This document shows positions 8,164 through 18,019 of a stretch of 64,000 nucleotides of DNA, one piece after another. The notes beneath the pieces were generated by a model. It was not told the origin of the DNA. It was given only the letters and a program-made list of their open reading frames with translations, and ran no database searches. Within the stretch, counting starts at the first letter, position 1, and each line of letters begins with the position of its first letter. The stretch lies in the NCBI GenBank assembly GCA_964468985.1, contig CAYXXE010000001.1, positions 4,581-68,580 on the forward strand, written 5' to 3'. The translations under genes were made by a program, and so were the position numbers. This DNA comes from an uncultured Gaiellales bacterium (GTDB lineage Bacteria; Actinomycetota; Thermoleophilia; Gaiellales; Gaiellaceae).

Positions 8164-9378
8164 TTGTCCCCTGTCCTACGAGCTCGATTCGGAAGTTGGC
8201 GTACGCGGGCGGCGATGCTGCTCGTCGGCGGAACGGTCGCGGCGTTGGCGTTCGGTGGAGCGGCGTCGTTCGCGAGCGCGGATACCACGAGCGCCAAGGT
8301 GATCAAGGTTGCCCTGATTGAGGACATCACCGGAGGCTTCTCCGCGATCAGCGGACCGCAGCCCTCGTATGCCTACATCAAGGATCTGAACGCGAATGGT
8401 GGGCTGAACGGCTACAAGGTCGTGACGTCGCTCTACGACGGCCAGTCAACCGATGCCGGCACGCTCCAGGCGGCCCGGCGAGCGGCACAGGTTCATCCAG
8501 CCGCCATCATCATGGGGTCGTGGAACGCGTCGTCGGCGAATGCGTTTCTCGCGACGACGGGCATTCCGGTTGTCGGCTTCGGCGCACTCGGAGGGTATGG
8601 CGGGTACAACAACATCTTCTCAGACATCGGAGAGGCCGCAGCGCACGCGAGTGACGTGTGGACTCGAATCCTGGCGCTCAAGGGAGCCACGAAGGTCGCC
8701 CTGCTCGACACGATCTACGAGGGCAAGTTCGACTCACTCCTGCAGCAGCTCGCTCCGGGTGTGGGTGTCACGATCGTGTACGACAACGCCACCCTTCCCT
8801 ACCCGGTCGATTCGCCGACGGCGCTCTCGCTCGCCCAGGCCGTCAAGGCGAGCGGCGCGACCGGGGTGTATGCGGCAGCCGGCGGCGACATCGTTCAGGC
8901 CGATCTCAACGAGCTCGGCTACAAAGCGACCGTCCTCGAAGTGTCAGCGTTCGGACCTGCTGTGATCAAACAGTGGGGGAGCAAGGTCAACGGCATGAGC
9001 TTCGGGTCGGCCTTCGCCTCGGCGTACGTCAAGAACGCGGCTGTCGCCAAGTATGTCGCGCTCATGAAGAAATACGGCTATTCGAACTACACGTACAACA
9101 ACCCGTACGCGATCGAGCACTACGCGGCCACGAAGATGTTGTTCGACGCAATGAAGGCGGGAGGCGCTCCGTACACTCCGAAGGGAACCGTCGCAGCGCT
9201 GAACAAGCTGCACAAGTACACGGGCGGCGGTCTACTACCGTTCGTCTCGTTCCCGGACTGGCACACGATCAGCAGTGACTGTGCGGCGACCGCCACCGTC
9301 GTCAACGGCCAGTGGGTCGCAGACAAGAACGGCACGGACCCGTTCGTTTGCAGTCTGACGGGCTCGAAGGCGCTGTAG
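8164..9378 (+). CDS. ABC transporter substrate-binding protein, LivJ/type-1 periplasmic-binding-protein family
   Basis: TTG at 8164 with GGAGG 8 nt upstream gives a signal-like N-terminus (LSPVLRARFGSWRTRAAMLLVGGTVAALAFGGAASFASA). ATG at 8215 or 8077 are alternatives. The body resembles branched-chain-amino-acid-type binding proteins. Confidence 0.85.
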   Translation: MSPVLRARFGSWRTRAAMLLVGGTVAALAFGGAASFASADTTSAKVIKVALIEDITGGFSAISGPQPSYAYIKDLNANGGLNGYKVVTSLYDGQSTDAGTLQAARRAAQVHPAAIIMGSWNASSANAFLATTGIPVVGFGALGGYGGYNNIFSDIGEAAAHASDVWTRILALKGATKVALLDTIYEGKFDSLLQQLAPGVGVTIVYDNATLPYPVDSPTALSLAQAVKASGATGVYAAAGGDIVQADLNELGYKATVLEVSAFGPAVIKQWGSKVNGMSFGSAFASAYVKNAAVAKYVALMKKYGYSNYTYNNPYAIEHYAATKMLFDAMKAGGAPYTPKGTVAALNKLHKYTGGGLLPFVSFPDWHTISSDCAATATVVNGQWVADKNGTDPFVCSLTGSKAL

Positions 9379-9397
9379 GAGCAACTCGCAATACCTC

Positions 9398-9450
9398 CGT
9401 CGGCCTTCTCCCATGACATATCCGAATCACGTCATGGGAGAAGGCCGACG
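9398..9450 (+). promoter_or_regulatory. perfect 20-bp stem / 13-nt loop hairpin between the binding-protein and permease genes
   Basis: CGTCGGCCTTCTCCCATGAC (9398-9417) is the exact reverse complement of 9431-9450. No T-tract follows. It starts 20 nt after the binding-protein stop codon. Confidence 0.6.
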
Positions 9451-9506
9451 CTGTCATCTCGACACGCGAACGGCGTTGTTGGGCTTCGTCCGGCCAGAGG
9501 CATGAC

Positions 9507-11432
9507 TTGATCGAATTCATCGATGCCAACGTCGTTTCCGGGCTCGTCGTCGGTTGCATCTATGCAATCGCAGCCTCCGGGCTCGTTGTCGCCTACAACA
9601 CGTCCGGCGTCGTAAACCTGGGCTACGGCGCAATCGCCTACACGATCGCGCTCATCTTCTTCGAGCTTCGAAGCGCGCATCACATCCTGAACGGGTGGGA
9701 AGCGCTCGCCCTGTGCGTCTTCGTGATCGGCCCACTCCTCGGGACGCTCCTCTGGCAGGGGCTCTTCCGATGGCTCGTAGGACTGGGCCTCTTACCGACG
9801 CTCATCGCCTCGATCGGCGTCGCGGTCGCGCTACCGGCTCTTTGTTTGATGGTCTTCGCGCCCGGCCAAGTCTTCTACGCAGCAGGCGTCCCGAACGGAG
9901 GCACCGACCTCCGCCGGATCGGGTCGATCTACTTCACCGTCGACCAGGCGTATGCGGTCGTCGCAGCAGCCGTCGTCGGTGCAGCGCTTGTGTATCTCCT
10001 TCGCTTCACGACGATCGGCCTCAAGATGCGAGCGGTTTGCGACAGCCGCTCGGTCGCCGGCCTCACCGGCACGAGCCCGGGGTTGATCAGCAATCTCAGC
10101 TGGGCGATCAGCGGAGCCCTCGCCGCCATCGGCGGGGTGTTCCTCGCACCGTTGCTCCAGTTGACGTCCTCGTCCTTCTTGACGCTCACCGTCGCAAGCC
10201 TCGCCGCCGCGCTTGTCGGCGGATTGCGGTCCATCGCGATCACATTCGCCGCCGCCTTGGCGATTGGCACTGCGTCAAGCTCGCTCGTCGGGCTTGATTC
10301 AACGAGCATTCTGATCCGGAACGGGATGCAGCCCTCGCTGCCGTTCCTCGTCATGGTCGCGGCCGTTCTCCTTCGCCGCAACCCGATCGACGTCGGCCAG
10401 TTGCCCCGACGGACCGTCGAGCTTGCCGAGCGCTTCGACAAAGCCCCAACCATCCTCATGAAGGTTGGCCCGGCGGCTGTAGCGCTACTCCTGGTTCCGG
10501 CCGTGCTCAACTCCTATTGGGTCGGCGTCGTCGGGCTCGGTCTCATCTACGCGATCATCTTCCTCGGGTTCACGCTCGCACTCGGGTACGGCGGGCTCCT
10601 CCCGCTCGGCCAGGCGGCGATCGTGGGCATCGCAGCGTTCGCCGGCGCCGACATCGCCGCGTCGACAGGCCTGGCGCTGCTGCTCGCAATCCTTGTCGGG
10701 GGGCTCATCGCGACCGGGATCTCGGTCGCTCTCGCAGTCGTCGGGGGGCGCCTGAGCGCGCTCGAGTTCGGATTGCTGACGATCGCGTTTGGTCTGTTCA
10801 CCGATAACTTCCTCTACAACTGGACGGCACTCGTGCCACTCGGCGGCCGAGCAATCGGGTCGCCGTCGCTGTTCGGCTTCGATCTCGCGAGCCCGAGTCG
10901 CCAGTACTACCTCTTCGCCACCGCGCTTGGCCTCGTACTGGCGGGTGTCAGCTGGTACCGACGCCGAATCGGTGCGTTCTTCATCGGCGCGGGGCGGATG
11001 AAGCCGACGCTCGCGGCGGCGACGGGCGTCGATCCACGAGTCGGGCGAATCGTTGCTTTTGCCCTCGCCGGGTTCGCAGCCGGTCTCGGCGGGGGTCTCC
11101 TCGGCATCTATCAGAAGTTCATCACTGCGACAGACCTGACGACGGCCACCGGCCTCACATGGCTCGCCGTCGTCGTCTTCATGGGCATCCGATCGCCCGC
11201 CGCAGCGGTCGTTGCGGGCCTCATCTATGCCGTGTTCCCGGCGCTCCTTTCCGAGTGGCTGCCGATCAAGTGGGGGCCGCTGGCAACCGTGATGTTCGGA
11301 CTCGGCGCGCTGTCACTCGCCCAGAATCCGCGCGGCGCCGTCGCCGCCCAGATCGACCAAGCACGCGCCGTCGCCAGGAAGGTGCGGCCGCTCCTCGCCC
11401 GCGTGACACCTGAACAGAGCGATCGAGCATGA
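9507..11432 (+). CDS. fused LivH-LivM type ABC permease (both membrane subunits in one 641-aa polypeptide)
   Basis: The N-terminal half (VVSGLVVGCIYAIAASGLVVAYNTSGVVNLGYGA) is LivH-like. The C-terminal half (LIYAIIFLGFTLALGYGGLLPLGQAAIVGIAAF) is LivM-like. TTG start. Confidence 0.85.
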   Translation: MIEFIDANVVSGLVVGCIYAIAASGLVVAYNTSGVVNLGYGAIAYTIALIFFELRSAHHILNGWEALALCVFVIGPLLGTLLWQGLFRWLVGLGLLPTLIASIGVAVALPALCLMVFAPGQVFYAAGVPNGGTDLRRIGSIYFTVDQAYAVVAAAVVGAALVYLLRFTTIGLKMRAVCDSRSVAGLTGTSPGLISNLSWAISGALAAIGGVFLAPLLQLTSSSFLTLTVASLAAALVGGLRSIAITFAAALAIGTASSSLVGLDSTSILIRNGMQPSLPFLVMVAAVLLRRNPIDVGQLPRRTVELAERFDKAPTILMKVGPAAVALLLVPAVLNSYWVGVVGLGLIYAIIFLGFTLALGYGGLLPLGQAAIVGIAAFAGADIAASTGLALLLAILVGGLIATGISVALAVVGGRLSALEFGLLTIAFGLFTDNFLYNWTALVPLGGRAIGSPSLFGFDLASPSRQYYLFATALGLVLAGVSWYRRRIGAFFIGAGRMKPTLAAATGVDPRVGRIVAFALAGFAAGLGGGLLGIYQKFITATDLTTATGLTWLAVVVFMGIRSPAAAVVAGLIYAVFPALLSEWLPIKWGPLATVMFGLGALSLAQNPRGAVAAQIDQARAVARKVRPLLARVTPEQSDRA

Positions 11433-12292
11433 GCCAAACGTCGACGCGCCCCACTCGTGAGGCGGCAGGCGATGTCCCGGCGGCGATCGCGCTCTCGGGC
11501 ATCACCGTGCGGTTCGGAGGGATCATTGCCGTCGACTCGGCGTCGATCGCAGTCGCGCCGGGGGAGAGCGTGGGGTTGATCGGGCCGAACGGGGCTGGCA
11601 AGACGACGCTTCTTGACGTAGCCGCGGGGGTCCGCCGGCCGCAACAGGGTGGCGTGTCGTTCTTCGGTGACGTGATCACTCGCGCTTCGGTCGTCCGCCG
11701 CGCTCGTCTTGGCGTGGCTCGCACGTTTCAACAGCTTGCGCTGTTTGACGGGATGACCGTTCGGGAGCACGTGCTGTTCGGCTATCTCGCCAGCCGAGGT
11801 TCCGAGCTGACCCTCGGCGGCTTTCTCGCGGCTCGGGCGGAGATCGAGCGTGTTGCGATGTCCGATGATTCACCACTCTCGCCCCCGGTGCTGCTGCGTC
11901 GACTCGGTCTCGAGGCCGTCGCCGATGAGCTTGCCGGCGAGCAGTCGGTCGGGATTGTCCGCATGGTCGATCTCGCTCGGGCGCTTGCGTCGCGTCCGCG
12001 CGTGCTGCTCCTTGACGAGCCGGTTTCGGGGCTTGCCGAGGCCGAGGCCGAAGAGGTCGGAAAGCTCCTGCTTTCGCTACGAGCGGAGCACAAGCTGTCG
12101 ATGCTCGTCGTGGAGCACAATCTCGAGTTTGCACGGCTCGTGTCCGACCGGCTGGTCGCGCTTGACTTCGGAAAGGTGATCGCCGAGGGAGCACCGACCG
12201 AGGTTCTGGCGTCGCCTGTCGTGCGCCGAGCCTACTTCGGAGCTGACGCTGCGGAACTCGACGCGCTGGGTACTCGGACGGAGTACCGGTGA
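11429..12292 (+). CDS. ABC transporter ATP-binding protein (LivG-like)
   Basis: ATGA overlap with the permease stop. Walker A GPNGAGKTT, signature-like segment, LLLDEP. Confidence 0.9.
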   Translation: MSQTSTRPTREAAGDVPAAIALSGITVRFGGIIAVDSASIAVAPGESVGLIGPNGAGKTTLLDVAAGVRRPQQGGVSFFGDVITRASVVRRARLGVARTFQQLALFDGMTVREHVLFGYLASRGSELTLGGFLAARAEIERVAMSDDSPLSPPVLLRRLGLEAVADELAGEQSVGIVRMVDLARALASRPRVLLLDEPVSGLAEAEAEEVGKLLLSLRAEHKLSMLVVEHNLEFARLVSDRLVALDFGKVIAEGAPTEVLASPVVRRAYFGADAAELDALGTRTEYR

Positions 12293-13044
12293 CTGGCGCC
12301 GCGTCGTCGCAGATGTCGGGAGCGGGTGTGCCGCCGGCCAAGTTGGCGGTGGACGGCCTCGAGGTGCGCTACGGCCACGTGACTGCGCTCCGGTCAGTGT
12401 CGTTCTCGCTCGAGCCGGGGACAATCCTCGCCCTACTAGGCCCGAACGGGGCCGGCAAGAGCTCTCTGGCGAACGCGATCAGCGGTGTGGTACGCGGCAC
12501 TGCCGGGTCGATCGTGCTCGACGATCGGGATATAGGAAAGGTTTCGACGCACGGCCGTGTCCATCTTGGAGTCGGTCATCTCCCGGACAGCCGCGCCATC
12601 TTCCCGTCCCTCACCGTTGCCGAGAACCTGCGGATGTTCTTTCGCGGCTCCCGGTCGTCCGTACGTCGCTCCGTCGCGAGCGCGTACGAGCAGTTCCCGA
12701 TCCTTGCCGAACGCAAGCGTCTCCCCGCCCGGAAGCTCTCGGGTGGCGAGCAACAGATGCTGGCCTTCTCCCGCTTGATCGTCGCCCCCCCGCGGCTACT
12801 GATCGTCGACGAGCTCTCGCACGGACTCGCGCCCGGGATCGTGGCGACCCTGTTCCAGACCCTGGAGCGCCTGCGCGGATCGTGCTCGATGATCGTTGTC
12901 GAGCAGTTCGTCTCACGCGCCGTCGGTCTTGCCGACACGGTGCTCGTCTTGTCCCACGGCGAAATACAGCACTACGGCACAGCCGACACTTTCACCTCAG
13001 CGATGGCGGCTGAGCTCTACGGGCTGGATTCCGGGGAGCGATAG
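12289..13044 (+). CDS. ABC transporter ATP-binding protein (LivF-like)
   Basis: GTGA overlap. Motifs: GPNGAGKSS, LSGGEQQML, LLIVDELS. Confidence 0.9.
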   Translation: MTGAASSQMSGAGVPPAKLAVDGLEVRYGHVTALRSVSFSLEPGTILALLGPNGAGKSSLANAISGVVRGTAGSIVLDDRDIGKVSTHGRVHLGVGHLPDSRAIFPSLTVAENLRMFFRGSRSSVRRSVASAYEQFPILAERKRLPARKLSGGEQQMLAFSRLIVAPPRLLIVDELSHGLAPGIVATLFQTLERLRGSCSMIVVEQFVSRAVGLADTVLVLSHGEIQHYGTADTFTSAMAAELYGLDSGER

Positions 13045-13045
13045 C

Positions 13046-13567
13046 TCACGACGCTGACTCCCGGCGTGTACCGAGAACCACGCATGCCATGACGCACCGC
13101 TCGCTAGAGCGGTTCTGCCACTCGTGCATCGCACCGTTCTGAATGAAGACGTCGCCACGTGTCAGGGTCACGTCCGGAGTTCCTCCCGGATGGCGGAGCA
13201 CGACTTCCCCTTCGAGCACGAACAAGAAGTCCACGCTGTTCGTCCTGTGCATGTTGGAGTCGGCGTGGGTGACGATCTCGGCTTCGCCCAGCTCGACGGG
13301 TTCGGGCACCTGGTTCGCGGGAGGGAAGACGACGAGATTGACGCTAGCGCCTCCGGCAAGCGGGAAGAGCTCACGGTCGACGTTCTCGGGACCGAGGTCA
13401 GAAGGCGCGAGCGGCAGGGACGGGAGGGTGTCCCAGCCCCACAGGACAGTCGCCGGGACGGCTGCATCGGTGTCGGGAATCACGTCGTCGATCCGCACGA
13501 GTACGTCTCCGTCCGGCTGCTCCGCCGTCACGAGTCTCCTGATCTTCACGATCTCGCTCCTCTTCAT
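13046..13567 (-). CDS. cupin domain protein
   Basis: 173 aa. The segment MHRTNSVDFLFVLEGEVVLRHPGG...LTRGDVFIQNGAMHEWQN is a cupin beta-barrel pattern. Its stop lies 1 nt from the convergent LivF-like stop. Confidence 0.7.
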   Translation of the reverse strand: MKRSEIVKIRRLVTAEQPDGDVLVRIDDVIPDTDAAVPATVLWGWDTLPSLPLAPSDLGPENVDRELFPLAGGASVNLVVFPPANQVPEPVELGEAEIVTHADSNMHRTNSVDFLFVLEGEVVLRHPGGTPDVTLTRGDVFIQNGAMHEWQNRSSERCVMACVVLGTRRESAS

Positions 13568-13610
13568 TCGGGGACGGGGTGGATCTTACCGCGATTGAAC
13601 TAGTATTCTT

Positions 13611-13626
13611 CCAAACGACCGTTTTA
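13611..13626. promoter_or_regulatory. operator-like palindrome CAAAC-N4-GTTTG, copy E
   Basis: CCAAAC GACC GTTTTA in the 81-nt divergent region between the cupin gene and the nine-gene operon. One mismatch. Confidence 0.55.
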
Positions 13627-13648
13627 ATCTCGGGACGACCACTCCGCC

Positions 13649-14872
13649 ATGCGCGACACGACAGACACCCCCTCCGACATCGTCGACGGCCTTCAGTCGT
13701 TCCTTGCGGCCGAGGTGAAGGCCCGGCACGAACGACACGTCGACGTGCTCGGAAATCCGCGTCACGTGTACGGCGAAGACGGTCGCTACAGCCGTGAAGT
13801 ACTCGACCTGAAGCGCGAGGTGAGGATGGCGTCTGCCGAGGCCGGGTATTACCTGATGCTTGCGCCGGAATCACTCGGAGGCTCGGGCCTCGGTTTCGTC
13901 GCCCTGTACGAGGTATGGGAGACGATCTTTCGGGTGTGCGGGGCGCGCTACTGGCTCGGCTGGGAAACGGTCGCCCACTGGACGAAGGGACCGAGTCCGA
14001 TCTTCGAGCATGTTGCCGCAAGTGTGCGCGACCGGATCCTCCCCGACCTGGCGTCCGGAGCTCGCACGACCTGCTTCGCGATGTCCGAGCCCGATGCGGG
14101 CTCCGATGCGTGGATGATGCGAACCCGCGCCGTGCAGACCGACGGCACTTGGCGGATCGACGGTGAGAAGCAATGGATCAGCGGGGCGGCAACCGCCGAG
14201 CTCGCGGTCGTTTTCGCGGTGACTGACGTGGAAGCGGCGTCCGCACGCCGCGGAGGCATCACCGCCTTCCTCGTACCGACCGCGACCCCCGGCTTCGCCG
14301 TGTATTCGGTGACGCCCATGTTTGGCCACGCAGGGAGCAACGAGGGAATCGTTCAACTCGCCGACGTGCATGTCCCGGCAGATCACGTCATCGGAGAAGT
14401 CGGTGACGGCTTCGGCCTAGCGCTCGCCGGCGTCTCGCTCGGCCGACTGTACAACGCCGCAAAGGCCGTGGGCCTGGCACGCTGGGCGCTCGACCAAGCG
14501 CTCGACTACGTCCAGGAACGACAAGCGTTCGGCAGCCCGATCTCAGCATTTCAGGGCGTGATGTTCCCACTCGCCGAAGCCGCGATGGAGGTACATGCGG
14601 CCCATCTAGTGGGTCTGAACTGCGCTCGCCTCCTCGATGCCGGTCGACCTGCGCGGAAAGAGCTCGCGATGGCGAAGGCCTACGCAACCGAGGTCGGGAC
14701 TCGCGCCGTCGATCGCGCCGTCCAGGCGCACGGAGCAATGGGCTTCACGAACGAACTCGGACTCGCCGAGGCGTGGCAACAGCTCCGACAGGTTTGGATC
14801 GCCGACGGCTCGTCTGAAATCCTGCGCCGGACGATCTCGCGCGAGCTGCTCAAAGGGGATCGCGCGCTGTGA
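13649..14872 (+). CDS. acyl-CoA dehydrogenase
   Basis: 407 aa. Motifs: CFAMSEPDAGSDAWMM, WISGA, and the C-terminal VQAHGAMGFTNELGLAEAWQQLR. Confidence 0.9.
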   Translation: MRDTTDTPSDIVDGLQSFLAAEVKARHERHVDVLGNPRHVYGEDGRYSREVLDLKREVRMASAEAGYYLMLAPESLGGSGLGFVALYEVWETIFRVCGARYWLGWETVAHWTKGPSPIFEHVAASVRDRILPDLASGARTTCFAMSEPDAGSDAWMMRTRAVQTDGTWRIDGEKQWISGAATAELAVVFAVTDVEAASARRGGITAFLVPTATPGFAVYSVTPMFGHAGSNEGIVQLADVHVPADHVIGEVGDGFGLALAGVSLGRLYNAAKAVGLARWALDQALDYVQERQAFGSPISAFQGVMFPLAEAAMEVHAAHLVGLNCARLLDAGRPARKELAMAKAYATEVGTRAVDRAVQAHGAMGFTNELGLAEAWQQLRQVWIADGSSEILRRTISRELLKGDRAL

Positions 14873-15648
14873 CCGGGTCGGACGTTTCATGGGACATCGA
14901 CGGACGAGTCGGCACGATCACCCTCGATCGCCCGCCGGTCAATGCGCTGCGTACCAAGACGTATACGGAGCTCGCCGAGGCGCTCGAAGCGCTCGTCGCG
15001 GAGCGGCGGCTGAGTGTCGCGATCCTCCGCTCCGGCTCTGCGCGCATTTTCTCGGCCGGAGCAGATGTGAAGGAGCTGCCGATGTCCCCGCAGCGCGACG
15101 AGGAACGCCAACGGCTTGCAAGGGCAGTGTTCGAACGCATTCTCCGGTTCCCGGTGCCCGTCATCTGCGCCGTACCGGGCCCCGCCCTCGGCGGCGGATG
15201 TGCGCTGGCGGCCGTGTCCGACATCCGCCTCGCGACACGTGACGCCTCGTTCGGCGTGCCGGAGATCAACGTTGGCCGTGCCGGGGGAGCGCGGTTCCTG
15301 ATGCGGCTCCTTCCCCAAGGAGTCGTACGCAGGGCGTATCTGACGGGCACGCCGATCTCAGCCGACGACGCCTTGCGGCTCGGGCTCGTAAACGAACTCT
15401 TCGACGATGCACAATCGCTCGACATCGGTGCGTATGAGCTGGCACGAGAGATTGCCGCGAAGAGCCCGACGGCAATACGCCTCGCCAAGCAATCCCTCGA
15501 TCTTGCCGAGCGGCTCCCGATCGAGTCGGGCTACGAGGTCGAACAACAATTCAGCCTGCGTCTTGCCAGCACCCCCGACGCGCTCGAGGCTGCGTCCGCA
15601 TTCCGTGAGAAGCGACAGCCGGTCTGGCCCGACGAGCCGTCGTCTTGA
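14869..15648 (+). CDS. enoyl-CoA hydratase (crotonase family)
   Basis: GTGA overlap. ITLDRPPVNAL, FSAGADVKEL and GPALGGGCALAAVSDIRLA are crotonase motifs. Confidence 0.9.
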   Translation: MTGSDVSWDIDGRVGTITLDRPPVNALRTKTYTELAEALEALVAERRLSVAILRSGSARIFSAGADVKELPMSPQRDEERQRLARAVFERILRFPVPVICAVPGPALGGGCALAAVSDIRLATRDASFGVPEINVGRAGGARFLMRLLPQGVVRRAYLTGTPISADDALRLGLVNELFDDAQSLDIGAYELAREIAAKSPTAIRLAKQSLDLAERLPIESGYEVEQQFSLRLASTPDALEAASAFREKRQPVWPDEPSS

Positions 15649-16844
15649 GCAATCCTCCCCTCGAAGGGTTCCGGGTCGTAGAGTTCGGGCAACTGCTCGC
15701 GGCGCCCAACGCCGCCATGATCCTGGCCGACCTCGGTGCCGATGTCGTCAAAGTCGAGCCTCCGTCGGGCGACCCGGGCCGCGAGCTGCAATCGGCGGCA
15801 TTCGCCGGCACGTCCACGAGCCCGTCGTTCGTCGCCTTCAACCGCGGCAAGCGTTCGATCGCGCTCGACTTGAAGGATCCCACAGGACGGCAGATCGCGC
15901 TCCGGTTGATCCAGCGGGCCGACGTCGTGATCGAGAGCCTTCGTCCCGGGGCGATGGAGCGGCTCGGGCTCGGCGTCGCTGCGGCGCAGGACCTCAATCC
16001 ACGGGTCGTCTACGCATCGGTCTCTGGGTTCGGGTTCGTGGGGCCGGAGCGCGAACGCCGCGGCGTCGATCTCGTGATCCAGGCCGAGAGCGGGATCATG
16101 TCGATCACCGGCGAGCCGGATGGGCGGCCGCTTAAGGTCGGGTTCACGGTCGTCGACGTAGCCGCCGGAAACGTGCTCGCCCAAGCGATCCTCGCCGCTC
16201 TGCTTCGGAGAGAGCGCACGGGCCGGGGCGACGTGGTGCAGGTCTCGTTGCTCGAAGTCGCGATGCACCTGCAGGCGCAGCCGCTGACCGAGTATCTGGC
16301 CACCGGGTCGGTGCCCCGCCGCAACGGCAACTCGGCGCCGATGACCGCACCGGCGGACATGGCGCGGACCAGTGACGGCCACATCGTCATCTCCGCCTAC
16401 CTCGACGACCACTGGCGCATCCTGTGCCACGAGCTCGGCCGGCAGGAGCTCATCGACGATCCACGTTTTGCCAGCAAGGTCGCCCGGGTCGAGAACCGTG
16501 CGCAACTGTTGGCGACGCTCGAGGAGACGCTCTCGGCGAGGACGAGTGCGGACTGGCTCGCCCTTCTCCAACGCTCGGGCCTCGTGGTCGGTGCGGTCAA
16601 GAGCTATGCCGACGTCGAATACTCACCTCAGGTTCGCGCGAATGGCTCGATCATCGAGCTCGACACCGACGATGGATCTCTGCTCCGAACCGTTCGCCTC
16701 CCGTTTCGATTCGCGGACTGGCAGCCGTCGTCATGGAGCCCGCCCCCCGAGCTCGGCCAGCACGGCCTCGAAGTCCTCGACGAACTCGGCTTCGCGCCGG
16801 AGGAGATCGAACTGGCGCTCTCCGCAGGAGCCGTGCGCACGTGA
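15645..16844 (+). CDS. family III CoA-transferase (CaiB/BaiF type)
   Basis: TTGA overlap. Motifs: LEGFRVVEFGQLLAAPNAAMILADLGADVVKVEPP, DLVIQAESGIMSITG. Confidence 0.9.
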   Translation: MSNPPLEGFRVVEFGQLLAAPNAAMILADLGADVVKVEPPSGDPGRELQSAAFAGTSTSPSFVAFNRGKRSIALDLKDPTGRQIALRLIQRADVVIESLRPGAMERLGLGVAAAQDLNPRVVYASVSGFGFVGPERERRGVDLVIQAESGIMSITGEPDGRPLKVGFTVVDVAAGNVLAQAILAALLRRERTGRGDVVQVSLLEVAMHLQAQPLTEYLATGSVPRRNGNSAPMTAPADMARTSDGHIVISAYLDDHWRILCHELGRQELIDDPRFASKVARVENRAQLLATLEETLSARTSADWLALLQRSGLVVGAVKSYADVEYSPQVRANGSIIELDTDDGSLLRTVRLPFRFADWQPSSWSPPPELGQHGLEVLDELGFAPEEIELALSAGAVRT

Positions 16845-18019
16845 TTCCGCGGACACTCTTCTCATCGGATCATCAACTTTTCCGCGAATCCGTCCGAAGC
16901 TTCGTCGCGACAGAGATCTTGCCGCATCACTCGGCCTGGGAGGACGCGGGCGTCGTACCGCGCTCGGTCTGGGAACAGGCGGGCGCAGCCGGGTTCCTCT
17001 GCACCGCCGTACCCGAGGAATACGGCGGGCAGGGCGGCGACTTTCTGTTCAGCCTGGTCGTAGCTGAGGAACTCGCGTCCGCGGGCGCGACCGGCCCGTT
17101 CTTCCATCTGCACTCGGACGTCGTCGCGCCGTACCTCCTTCGCTACGGCTCCGAACAGCAGAAGTCCGAGTGGCTCCCCGCGATGGCACGTGGCACTGCG
17201 ATCGGCGCGATCGCCATGTCCGAGCCGCGCGGCGGAAGCGATCTTCAGCGCATCGAAACCACCGCGACACGGAGCGGCAGCGACTGGGTCATCGACGGCC
17301 AGAAAGTCTTCATCTCGAACGGGCAGCTGGCGGATCTGGTCATCGTCGCCGCCCAGACCGAGCACGGCAGCGGGGCGAAGGGCGTCACACTCTTTCTCGT
17401 CGAAGGCGACCGTGAAGGCTTTACCCGGGGCCGGCCGCTCGACAAGATCGGTCTGCGGGCTCAGGACACGTCGGAGTTGTTCTTCACGAACGTTCGAGTC
17501 CCCGGCACAAACGTCCTCGGCGAGGTCGGTCGGGGCTTTGCGCACCTGATGACGGAGCTTGCCCAGGAGCGTCTTCTACAAGCGGCTCGTTCGATCTCGG
17601 CGTCCGAGGCGGCCATGGCCTGGACGATCGAGTACACGACAGACCGCGAAGCATTCGGCAGGCCCGTCGCGGCCTTCCAGAACACACAGTTCAAGCTCGC
17701 CGAACTGACAGCCCTGATCGCTGCGCAGCGTTGTTTCGTCGATCGCTGCGTCGAGTTGCACCTTGCGAACGAGCTCACCGCCGCCGATGCTGCGATGGCA
17801 AAGCTCAATGCCGCCGAGCTTCATTGCCGTGTGGTGGACGAGTGCCTTCAGTTCTTCGGCGGCTGGGGGTACATGCGCGAATATCCGATCGGTCGAGCGT
17901 ATGTGGACGCTCGTCAGACGAAGCTCGCGGGCGGCTCGATCGAGGTCATGAAGCTGATCATCGCGCGATCGATTCTGCCCCAGAGCGTCTGGCGTCGAGA
18001 GAAAGGCGGCGAGGAATGA
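16841..18019 (+). CDS. acyl-CoA dehydrogenase
   Basis: GTG at 16841 (GTGA overlap) gives (M)IPRTLFSSDHQLFRESVRSFV and 392 aa. Motifs: AMSEPRGGSDL, FISNG, QFFGGWGYMREYPIGRAYVDAR. Confidence 0.9.
   Translation: MIPRTLFSSDHQLFRESVRSFVATEILPHHSAWEDAGVVPRSVWEQAGAAGFLCTAVPEEYGGQGGDFLFSLVVAEELASAGATGPFFHLHSDVVAPYLLRYGSEQQKSEWLPAMARGTAIGAIAMSEPRGGSDLQRIETTATRSGSDWVIDGQKVFISNGQLADLVIVAAQTEHGSGAKGVTLFLVEGDREGFTRGRPLDKIGLRAQDTSELFFTNVRVPGTNVLGEVGRGFAHLMTELAQERLLQAARSISASEAAMAWTIEYTTDREAFGRPVAAFQNTQFKLAELTALIAAQRCFVDRCVELHLANELTAADAAMAKLNAAELHCRVVDECLQFFGGWGYMREYPIGRAYVDARQTKLAGGSIEVMKLIIARSILPQSVWRREKGGEE

Noticed and set aside
16424-16840. Long N-terminal extensions offered by the ORF track. This one is the example; the same applies to 2520-2684, 17731-18015, 18831-18929, 22235-22447, 27856-27903, 33636-33809 and 45651-45692.
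   Set aside because: Each extension overlaps the preceding gene out of frame and is compositionally odd. In every case an internal ATG/GTG/TTG forming a 4-nt overlap or tiny gap yields a family-typical N-terminus and length.
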